In this document: positions 1-9,064 of the stretch, one piece after another
Position numbering within the stretch: position 1 is the first letter of the stretch
Layout: each line of letters begins with the position of its first letter
DNA from: Candidatus Pacearchaeota archaeon
Lineage (GTDB): Archaea; Nanobdellota; Nanobdellia; Pacearchaeales; GW2011-AR1
Assembly: GCA_038869895.1 (NCBI GenBank)
Contig: JAWCQE010000002.1
Coordinates: 73,034 to 105,033, forward strand
Direction of reading: 5' to 3'
Length of the DNA stretch: 32,000 bases
Translations under genes and position numbers: made by a program
Notes under the pieces: generated by a model
Seen by the model: only the letters and a program-made list of their open reading frames with translations
Told to the model about the DNA's origin: nothing
Database searches by the model: none

Positions 1-370
1 TATTTAATATTTTTGTCAATCCAAGGATTGATGCTTCTCCTAAGTCAATAATGTGGATTGGTTTATTTTCTACAAAGAATGTTGTATTTGCTGAATTCAT
101 AAAGTTAATTCCAATATTTGATATTTCATTATGGTTTATTCCGATAGAATCTGGGAATTCCAATATCTTATCCTCAATTAAAACTTTTAGCCTCATTGCT
201 CCAAGTTTAAATTTTTTTATATTCAAAGGCCTTTTAATAATTTCATTTTCAACTTCTTTTGTAATTAAGAATTTTCCATTGAAATTTGACTTAAGTCCAG
301 TTATGACATTAAGAATACAATTTATTGAAAGGGTTATTAGCGTTCCAGAATCAAAGATAAGTACTTTCAT
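1..370 (-). CDS. PIN-domain-like protein, 3' end cut by window edge
   Basis: Absent from the ORF track because it runs off the window. The minus-strand ATG at 368-370 reads MKVLIFDSGTLITLS...IDLGEASILGL, with acidic residues placed as in PIN nucleases. ATGA start/stop overlap with the upstream gene 367..927. Confidence 0.5.
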   Translation of the reverse strand, partial: MKVLIFDSGTLITLSINCILNVITGLKSNFNGKFLITKEVENEIIKRPLNIKKFKLGAMRLKVLIEDKILEFPDSIGINHNEISNIGINFMNSANTTFFVENKPIHIIDLGEASILGLTKILN

Positions 371-927
371 TTATTAAAGAACTCCATTGCAATTTTTATC
401 CTTTTTTTAACATCAAATGTTTTGTTTTCTTTCATCTCTGAAATTTGACTTTGGCCGACATATTCTGATAATTCCCACATTGAAATTCCAAGAAGCTTTG
501 AAGTCGCTTCCATTGAAATTCCGTGTTCATAAATCTTTGAGGCTTTGTTTATCTTAGCTTTTCTGAAAACATCAAGTACATTTGTTTTTATGTTTTCTGA
601 AAGTCCAGGAACGTTCATAATCTCGTTTAGTCTGTCTCTGAAAGCATCGCAGTCGTTTTTGCTTATACATTCTTTTGAGAATTCAAGAGTTTTAAGATAG
701 TAATCTAAATATTTTTCAAATGACTTTGATTTATAATCTTCTTTTCTTTCAATAAGTTTGCTTAAAGCATATACAATAACCGCAATTAATATATTATCTG
801 TATCTTGATATATTGCTGCTGAGTGTATTGTTTCATTAGATAGATTTTTTAATGTTGTTATATCAAAATCCCTAACAGCTTTTTTTGTTTCCTCTAAAAT
901 ATTTGCGACATGCCTGTGTTCTTTCAT
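367..927 (-). CDS. Helix-turn-helix domain protein
   Basis: 186-aa ORF with a C-terminal segment (GISMEATSKLLGISMWELSEYVG) that looks like an HTH. Translationally coupled by an ATGA overlap to the downstream PIN-like ORF. Confidence 0.55.
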   Translation of the reverse strand: MKEHRHVANILEETKKAVRDFDITTLKNLSNETIHSAAIYQDTDNILIAVIVYALSKLIERKEDYKSKSFEKYLDYYLKTLEFSKECISKNDCDAFRDRLNEIMNVPGLSENIKTNVLDVFRKAKINKASKIYEHGISMEATSKLLGISMWELSEYVGQSQISEMKENKTFDVKKRIKIAMEFFNK

Positions 928-1004
928 AAATTAAAGAAGCATTAATATTATTTAAATATAATCTAATTGAAAAGCATTATATATCCCATCTATTTATTAT
1001 AATA

Positions 1005-1400
1005 ATGGAATTAATACTTGATACGAACTTTATAATCTCAGCTTTTAAAAATAAAATTCCTTTATTTGATATTCTGAGAGAAAAATTTCCTGAATATAAA
1101 ATCATTGTTCCTTATGGAGTTATCGGCGAACTTGAAAAAATAGTTATAAATAAAAATCTAACCTATACGAAAAAAGAAAAGGAAATTTCAGAACTTGCTT
1201 TGTTTTTAATTAAAAAAAACAACTTAAAAGTTGAGGTATTTGGAGAAGGAGATGTTGATACATGGATATTAAAATATTGTGTTAAAAATAAGTGTGTTGT
1301 TGCAACATTAGATAGACAGCTGAGAAGTAAAATAAAGTTAAAGTCTCCTGAAACAAAATTTTTAATTTTAAGGAATATCTCGAAAATTGAGATTTTATGA
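1005..1400 (+). CDS. PIN-domain endonuclease (Fcf1/Utp24-like)
   Basis: 131 aa with N-terminal LILDTNFII and a later ATLDRQLRSKI, the pattern of archaeal Fcf1-type PIN proteins. Confidence 0.65.
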   Translation: MELILDTNFIISAFKNKIPLFDILREKFPEYKIIVPYGVIGELEKIVINKNLTYTKKEKEISELALFLIKKNNLKVEVFGEGDVDTWILKYCVKNKCVVATLDRQLRSKIKLKSPETKFLILRNISKIEIL

Positions 1401-1442
1401 TTAAAACAAAACACTTAAAAAGGCATATCATTTGATTTTTAT

Positions 1443-2123
1443 ATGGAATCAAAAGTAAAAATTATGAAGAATTTTCCTTATTATAAATATAGATGGTTTG
1501 TGACTTCTTCTGGCAAACTTGTTGTTGGAGGAAAAAGTGCTGAGCAGAATGAGGAATTAGTAAGAATTTGTATGGAAGGAAAACATCTTGATTTAAATTC
1601 GATAACTTCGATAAAAGAATGGACGATTAAGAAGAAGAAATATGTCGTTATGCATACAAAATCTCCGGGAAGTCCATTTTCAATTATTTTAGATGAAAAT
1701 CCTAATGAAAAAGATCTTGAGGAAACAGCTATCTTTACAGCTTTTTTTTCGAGAGCATGGAAATCAAAAAAGGATAAAACACAAGTTGATGTTTTTCTAT
1801 TAGAACAGATGTATAAGAACCCTGAAATGAACATTGGGACTTTTGGAGTCATGGATACAATAGATCATAGAATAGTGCGTTTAAGATTTTATTTTAAAAA
1901 ACAACTTAATGTTTTGAGAGCAGTTCCCTTTGAGGTTCCAAATTCTCCTTTAGTGATTCCTGGGAATATTCCTAAAGAACAATTTGCAAAAGAAATTTCT
2001 AAAATGTATAATGTTTCATTTGAAGAAGCTATGAATTGTTTACCTACTGGAAGTTTTGATTTCGAGATTCCTATAAAAAGAAAGATAATTAAAAATTTTA
2101 GTAAAAATTCCAAGAAAAAATAA
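1443..2123 (+). CDS. NFACT-R/DUF814-like RNA-binding protein
   Basis: 226 aa. VVMHTKSPGSPFSIILDE...EETAIFTAFFSRAWKS...VDVF resembles the DUF814 core motif. Confidence 0.5.
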   Translation: MESKVKIMKNFPYYKYRWFVTSSGKLVVGGKSAEQNEELVRICMEGKHLDLNSITSIKEWTIKKKKYVVMHTKSPGSPFSIILDENPNEKDLEETAIFTAFFSRAWKSKKDKTQVDVFLLEQMYKNPEMNIGTFGVMDTIDHRIVRLRFYFKKQLNVLRAVPFEVPNSPLVIPGNIPKEQFAKEISKMYNVSFEEAMNCLPTGSFDFEIPIKRKIIKNFSKNSKKK

Positions 2124-2144
2124 AAAGAATAAAAAATCTTAATA

Positions 2145-2405
2145 ATGCCACAGAGTTTAAGCATTCAAGTTGGTAAAAACGGAATTTCAGAAAACTTTTT
2201 TCAAACACTTAAATCTTATTTTAATAATCATGAAAATGTAAAGATTGTTTTTCTTAAAAATTTTACAAGGGATAGAGAGATAATAAGAAAATATGCTGAA
2301 GAAATAACAAATGAGCTTGGAAAAAATTATACTTACAGGGTCCTTGGATTTACAATATTTATAAAAAAATGGAGAAAAAACTTTAATAAATATAATCATG
2401 CATAA
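2145..2405 (+). CDS. YhbY/CRM-domain RNA-binding protein
   Basis: 86 aa. IQVGKNGISENFFQTLKSYF...VKIVFL matches the CRS1/YhbY domain pattern. Confidence 0.55.
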   Translation: MPQSLSIQVGKNGISENFFQTLKSYFNNHENVKIVFLKNFTRDREIIRKYAEEITNELGKNYTYRVLGFTIFIKKWRKNFNKYNHA

Positions 2406-2445
2406 TTATTGTAAAGTAATTACGTAGTAGTAACACATCGAAAGC

Positions 2446-2453
2446 TTTAAATA
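2446..2453 (+). promoter_or_regulatory. TATA-box-like element (TTTAAATA) upstream of 2475 CDS
   Basis: AAAGCTTTAAATAC is centred about 25 nt upstream of the ATG with no Shine-Dalgarno between, consistent with an archaeal promoter and a leaderless mRNA. Confidence 0.4.
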
Positions 2454-2474
2454 CCCACATTCTCTACAAATATC

Positions 2475-3209
2475 ATGGCATTAGAATTAAATGCAACACG
2501 AGAACCATACAGAGAATTTTACGGCAAAAATGTATGGCAGATGCCGGAGTTAATAGCTGACGGCAGAGTTCCTATGTCTGTTGCTGGATTAATGCAAAGA
2601 CGACTTGATGTTAGAAATTCTGATGCTGATGTTAAAAGTTCTTACATGGACAATTATTTTGACACAGGAGATGCAGTTTTATATCACCCAGACGGCAGAG
2701 TAAAAATAGTTCTTGATTCTCAAACTTTGAGAGAAATGACACCAGATACTCAAAGAGTTGGTGGAGCATTACTTTTGGGCGAAGATGTTTATGATGCTTT
2801 GCAAGGTGAAGAATTCAAGAAAGGAAAACTTGGAAAAGTAGATGAACGACTTACAAAAGAACAAGCTAAGGCTCATCCAGTTTGGAAAGTTTTAGCAAGA
2901 GACCAAGCATTACTTGATGATTATGCTGATTGTATTTTTGCAGAAGGCAAACAAAGATTTAATGATGATAATGCGATGGGTGTATTCCTAGATTCTGCTG
3001 GAGATAAGCCTAAATTGAGGGCTTGGTGTGTCTGCAGGCTTGGGCTCAGGTCTGACGCCTCTGGCGGGGACAGCCTCGTCAGTGATCATGGTCGTTTCGT
3101 CGGTATAGCGCCGGAGGCACTAAGATTTGATAGCGCATTAAAAGGTTTGGAAGCAACAGTTCGACCTGAATTGCTAGAGCCATTTAGAGAATTTAGAAAG
3201 AAACTTTAA
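2475..3209 (+). CDS. Hypothetical protein with a DGR-type variable C-terminus (candidate DGR target protein)
   Basis: 244-aa ORF, visibly GC-richer than its neighbours. Its 3' end (RAWCVCRLGLRSDASGGDSLVSDHGRFVGI) is repeated downstream in an A-rich form. Confidence 0.7.
   Translation: MALELNATREPYREFYGKNVWQMPELIADGRVPMSVAGLMQRRLDVRNSDADVKSSYMDNYFDTGDAVLYHPDGRVKIVLDSQTLREMTPDTQRVGGALLLGEDVYDALQGEEFKKGKLGKVDERLTKEQAKAHPVWKVLARDQALLDDYADCIFAEGKQRFNDDNAMGVFLDSAGDKPKLRAWCVCRLGLRSDASGGDSLVSDHGRFVGIAPEALRFDSALKGLEATVRPELLEPFREFRKKL
3019..3109 (+). repeat. DGR-like variable repeat (VR) inside 2475..3209
   Basis: Ungapped 91-nt hand alignment to 3393..3483 gives 69 identities. Of the 22 mismatches, 14 lie where the other copy has A. 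This copy has 10 A and the other has 22. Confidence 0.6.
3108..3120 (+). other. Imperfect hairpin GCGCC-GGA-GGCAC immediately 3' of the VR
   Basis: Stem with one mismatch. Nearly the same 14-mer (AGYGCCGRAGGCAC) follows the VR-like region of the 13615..14820 gene but in a different reading frame. It is absent after the 3393..3483 copy. Confidence 0.45.
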
Positions 3210-3392
3210 TTCTGAAAACGTTTTTATACTTAAATTATTATTAATATTAGTCCTGGCAGCCGAAAGGAAACTTTTGAGAAGCTGGGTTATATGCACTTCC
3301 ATGACGGCAACTTTGTTGTCATAAAATACAGCCATAACACCAAATGTTGTGAAATGGCGGTGATAAGTTTAGAGTGGAAGGGCTATGCTTTC

Positions 3393-3483
3393 GGGCTTGG
3401 TATGTCAACAGGCTTGAGAACAGGTCTATCGTTGTTGGCAGGTACGACCTCGACAATGACAATGGTCGTTTCGTCGGAATAAC
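3393..3483 (+). repeat. A-rich second copy of the 3019..3109 repeat; candidate DGR template repeat (TR) or degenerate second VR
   Basis: Only short overlapping ORFs cover it. In the VR frame it reads AWYVNRLENRSIVVGRYDLDNDNGRFVGI with AAC/AAT codons. It shares an A-free 15-nt 3' block, TGGTCGTTTCGTCGG, with the VR and lacks the downstream hairpin. Confidence 0.5.
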
Positions 3484-3657
3484 TCACTTCCCGATAACAG
3501 GACATTTTTTCTTTTTAAAATTTCTTTTGGATTTGATACTTGCCATTACACAATCATAACTGAAAGATTTATACAGTCAGATTTTCTAAACATTCCATGG
3601 CACTTGAATAAAAAGAAATTTTGATGAAACCAATAAAAAAAGTTAAGAAATCTTAGT

Positions 3658-4005
3658 ATGTACTTCCCAGACCAAGATGAGACAGTTTATTATTTTGGTA
3701 AGTTTCTAGCAGAAAGATTAAATCCAGTATTAAGTCCAGATGAATTTTATACGGCAGCAGAATTAGCTTTATGTGACCTTCTGAGAGGTGTTAACGGATT
3801 TACTAATCAACAAATCAAAAGTAAATTAGTTGGTTATCCACTAATAATTTATGGTTTATTAAGAATGATGATTCCAGACATTGCATGTGAAGTTTGTCCT
3901 CGAGACTTTGCTCAAGATGTAAAAGAGAGGCATGAGGCAGTTAATGCACAAATAAGGAAAAATATAATGGCAAAATGCAAAATAAACGAACAACTAACTT
4001 TATAA
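3658..4005 (+). CDS. Hypothetical protein
   Basis: 115-aa ORF with no recognisable motif. Lies between the DGR-like region and tRNA-Val. Confidence 0.4.
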   Translation: MYFPDQDETVYYFGKFLAERLNPVLSPDEFYTAAELALCDLLRGVNGFTNQQIKSKLVGYPLIIYGLLRMMIPDIACEVCPRDFAQDVKERHEAVNAQIRKNIMAKCKINEQLTL

Positions 4006-4161
4006 TCTATCCTTCCAGATTAGTTTTTCCTATCTCTATAAACTTTACTTATTATTAATCTTTAACATAAGAAAGTTCCACGTATTCATTTTACTTTTCT
4101 TTTATTTGTATATAATTACGCTTCACCAAAGTTTTAGTTTCGAATTTAGCTATTTGTTAAA

Positions 4162-4232
4162 TGGGCGGTAAGAGAATCGAACTCCTGAATGCACGGTGTA
4201 AACGTGCTGGTTTGCCACTAGCCTAACCGCCC
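4162..4232 (-). tRNA. tRNA-Val (anticodon UAC)
   Basis: The reverse complement folds as a cloverleaf. Acceptor GGGCGGT/ACCGCCC, anticodon stem GCACG/CGTGC with loop TTTACAC, T arm AGGAG-TTCGATT-CTCTT. The D stem has one mismatch. Confidence 0.8.
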
Positions 4233-4384
4233 TGAATATTATTAATAATAATCTTAAAATATTATAACCTTATCACTTTTAAAGTTTATCTAATGTTTTC
4301 ACATAAAAAATAATTCTAAGAATTAATCGTTAAATAATATTTTAATTATTTAAAATTAGTTTATTCTCTTTGAGTTTTTTAAGT

Positions 4385-5377
4385 TTAAAAGCTATTTATT
4401 TGGCAGGTTATTTCTTTCCATTGGGCTTGATAAACTGTATCCATATTTAGTAAGCCTGTCATTTTTTGATATTTATTTATAGGACATAATCTCGAACTTT
4501 GACATGTTGTAACCCTTTCAGTTATTCGTATCGAAGAATATCCTGCTTGACAAGTAGGTGAGGTGGTGACGTAACTATCACTAGGGGTTTCTTCTATACC
4601 ATATCTATTCAATCTAGTGCACTTATAAAATTGTGTATTTCTATTTTCAGTAGTGCATCTTTCTCCAACCTCTTTTACTCTTACTTTTAATTCATTATTT
4701 TCCAATGCAACTTGATATTCAAATTTATCTTTTTTATCTTCAAAATATATTGTCTTAAGTAAATTCTTCTTTTCAATTCTTTTATAAAGTGAATTGTCAG
4801 TGTAGATTGTTTTGAAATTTTCGTCGAGAATTATTACACTAGAACTTGCCGTTCCTTGTTGTCCTTTTACACATGTGAAAACATAAGGTTTTCCACTTTC
4901 AAGAGTAGTTGCTCCTGTGTTTATAGGTTCTTTTAATTCTGTATAATTTTGTTTACAGGAGGATGACGTAGTTTCAAGTCCTGTTCCTGTGTCAACTCCC
5001 CCTTCATAAATAATATTTTCAAGGGAGGATATTGAATTCAAATTTGATTCCTCGCTATTTCCGCCTGTTGCATTTGGGATTGTGAATGTAAAAATCCTTG
5101 TTGTTCCCGGAGGCCCTCCATTACCTCCCTCAGGAATATTATAAAAATGCCTTAGATTTTCAAGAATTGTCTGAAGAGAGTAATCTCTTCCTCCTAAACT
5201 AACTTTTATATCTTTTGCATCATGCCATACTATATGTTCTGAAGGATTCCATAATGGGAGAGTATTTTCGTCCTCAGAATCTTCATCAGAACTTTGAGCA
5301 ATTACAAATGTTAATCCTCCTACCAAAACTAAAAGGATAAACATTAATCCATATTTTTTTTCGAAAATAAGACTCAT
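4385..5377 (-). CDS. Secreted or membrane-anchored Cys-rich hypothetical protein
   Basis: 330 aa with an N-terminal hydrophobic segment (LMFILLVLVGGLTFVIA), then an acidic SSDEDSEDE linker and about ten scattered Cys. Confidence 0.55.
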   Translation of the reverse strand: MSLIFEKKYGLMFILLVLVGGLTFVIAQSSDEDSEDENTLPLWNPSEHIVWHDAKDIKVSLGGRDYSLQTILENLRHFYNIPEGGNGGPPGTTRIFTFTIPNATGGNSEESNLNSISSLENIIYEGGVDTGTGLETTSSSCKQNYTELKEPINTGATTLESGKPYVFTCVKGQQGTASSSVIILDENFKTIYTDNSLYKRIEKKNLLKTIYFEDKKDKFEYQVALENNELKVRVKEVGERCTTENRNTQFYKCTRLNRYGIEETPSDSYVTTSPTCQAGYSSIRITERVTTCQSSRLCPINKYQKMTGLLNMDTVYQAQWKEITCQINSF

Positions 5378-5512
5378 CTAATATTCCTCTTTCCTTTAAT
5401 ATAGTTAATCCTATTTATAAAGTTTTTTACAATATAAGTTGCTAATTAATAAGTATTGTTTGAATTAAATAAACAGCAATCTTTAAATTCATGTAATTCT
5501 CTCAATGTTTAT

Positions 5513-5594
5513 GCCCAGATGGCGGAGTGGTTAACGCGGCGGATTGCTAATCCGTGTCCTTCGGGACGCCCAGGTTCGAATCCTGGTCTGGGCG
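5513..5594 (+). tRNA. tRNA-Ser (anticodon GCU)
   Basis: Acceptor GCCCAGA/TCTGGGC, anticodon loop TTGCTAA, long variable arm GTCCTTCGGGACGC, T arm CCAGG-TTCGAAT-CCTGG. Confidence 0.9.
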
Positions 5595-5599
5595 TTTTT
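5595..5599 (+). terminator. Oligo-T tract after tRNA-Ser
   Basis: TTTTT directly follows the discriminator base, which is the typical archaeal termination signal. Confidence 0.4.
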
Positions 5600-5969
5600 G
5601 TTTCTAACCTTCGTAATCACTGACTTGAGTTTTGTCAAAATTTTGTCCAAGTTATTCTTACATAACATATTGGAATGGTGGATAATATATGCTCCATTAA
5701 TTTTTGAACTCCAATCCTTAAAACTCTTAATATATCGTTTATTTTGAAGAAATTTTAATTTATCATTTTCAATTTCGTCAGTTTGACGACGATAAATTGT
5801 CAAATGGCAATTTATGGTTCTTTTAGTAGATTTAGTAGAATATGTCTGAATTTTTATTGTTTATTAGTTTGATTTAAATTTACCTTAAAATAAGGATTAT
5901 CAAAGATAACATCACAAATATCATAATTTTAACCATCATCTTTAAATATTCATCTTGCTAATTTTTTAT

Positions 5970-6932
5970 ATGATGATAAAAAATTCTTCAAAATATTACG
6001 ACTTTATAATTTTAGGAGCAGGAGGGGTTGGATTGGCAGCTGGAATGTATGCGGCACGTTTAGGTTTAAAAACTTTAATTTTAGGTTATAGTCATGGAAG
6101 TGAATTACCAATAGGAGGAGTTATAACAACAACCCATATTGTTGAAAATTATCCCGGGTTTGTAAAATTAAGTGGAACAGAACTTGCAAAAAAACTTGAA
6201 GAACATACAAGAAGCTATGAATTAGTTGATATAAAAGAAGAACTTGCACAAAATGTTAAGAAACATAATTTATATTTTGAAGTAAAAACAGAAAATTCAA
6301 ATTATATATCAAAAACAATTTTGTTTGCAACAGGAACAAAATGGAGAAAACTTCCGGAAACTATTAAAGGTTCGAGAGAATTTGAAAATAAAGGAGTAAC
6401 TTATTGTGCTTTATGTGATGGCCCTTTATTTAAAAACAAAATAGTTGCAGTTATTGGTGGAAGTGATTCTGCTGTAAAAGATGCACTTGTATTGTCAGAA
6501 CATGCAAAAAAAGTTTATATAATTTATAGGGGTGAAAAGATACATCCAGAACCAATTAATTTTAAGAGAGTAAACTCAAATAAAAAAATTGAAATTATAA
6601 CAAATACGAATATTTTAGAAATAAAAGGAGTGGATTTTGTAACATCCGTGATTTTAGATAGAAAATATAAAGGTTCAAACGAGTTAAAGCTTGATGGAAT
6701 TTTTGTTGCAATAGGACATGTAGCTTTATCAGATTTAGCAAAACCTCTTGGAGTTAAAATAAATAATAAAGGAGAAATAATGATAAATCATAAAACTTCT
6801 GAGACAAATATTCCGGGAGTTTATGCAGCAGGAGATGTAACAGACAAAGAATTTAAACAATTAATAACAGGGGTTGCAGATGGATGCACAGCAGCTTATT
6901 ATGCATATGAATATATAAATAAAAATGAATAA
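5970..6932 (+). CDS. trxB: Thioredoxin-disulfide reductase
   Basis: GAGGVGLAAG dinucleotide-binding motif, redox-active CALCDG, second GGSDSA motif, C-terminal AAGDV. Start moved to the first ATG (5970) instead of the TTG at 5955. Confidence 0.85.
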   Translation: MMIKNSSKYYDFIILGAGGVGLAAGMYAARLGLKTLILGYSHGSELPIGGVITTTHIVENYPGFVKLSGTELAKKLEEHTRSYELVDIKEELAQNVKKHNLYFEVKTENSNYISKTILFATGTKWRKLPETIKGSREFENKGVTYCALCDGPLFKNKIVAVIGGSDSAVKDALVLSEHAKKVYIIYRGEKIHPEPINFKRVNSNKKIEIITNTNILEIKGVDFVTSVILDRKYKGSNELKLDGIFVAIGHVALSDLAKPLGVKINNKGEIMINHKTSETNIPGVYAAGDVTDKEFKQLITGVADGCTAAYYAYEYINKNE

Positions 6933-7012
6933 GCGATTTATTAAGTGAATTCATATTCTAGAAATAATATTTTTATAATAATAGATTAAGTGTTTTTATT
7001 ATGTTTGTGTTC

Positions 7013-8889
<1,877 letters not shown>

Positions 8890-9064
8890 TTAATGTATTA
8901 ATAAGATTTAAGATAAAAAAAATCTATATTTGAACTTTTTAAATTTTTTGGTGATAATTTACAATATAAAAGTGAGTAAATTTTTTTTAAGACTAATTGG
9001 TAAATTAAAAATAGGATTATGGCAAACTTTATTAATCTGTTTATTTTAAAAATAAAAAGATAAA

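Noticed and set aside
51-377. 108-aa plus-strand ORF at the window start
   Set aside because: It is antisense to a better-supported minus-strand PIN-like ORF that is translationally coupled to its neighbour.
3291-3559. ORFs 3291..3482 and 3374..3559 covering the second repeat copy as real genes (a second small target protein)
   Set aside because: They are short, mutually overlapping ORFs in different frames. The in-frame ORF begins (GTG) only six codons before the repeat, and no hairpin element follows. A non-coding template-like copy or a pseudogene remnant fits better. A frameshifted remnant cannot be excluded.
3658-4005. The 115-aa ORF as a DGR accessory protein (Avd)
   Set aside because: Its size is right, but the sequence is not basic and shows no obvious four-helix-bundle character. 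Adjacency alone is the only support.
2406-4161. The DGR-like island as an element integrated at tRNA-Val, delimited by a direct repeat of the tRNA 3' end
   Set aside because: I could not find a copy of the tRNA-Val 3' segment (TGGGCGGTAAGAGAATCGAA or its complement) near 2406-2474 by eye. This needs a computed repeat search.
5531-5803. ORFs 5531..5803 (-) and 5544..5747 (+) next to tRNA-Ser as an integrase fragment
   Set aside because: Both overlap the tRNA gene and each other. They are low-complexity AT-rich translations with no recombinase motifs.
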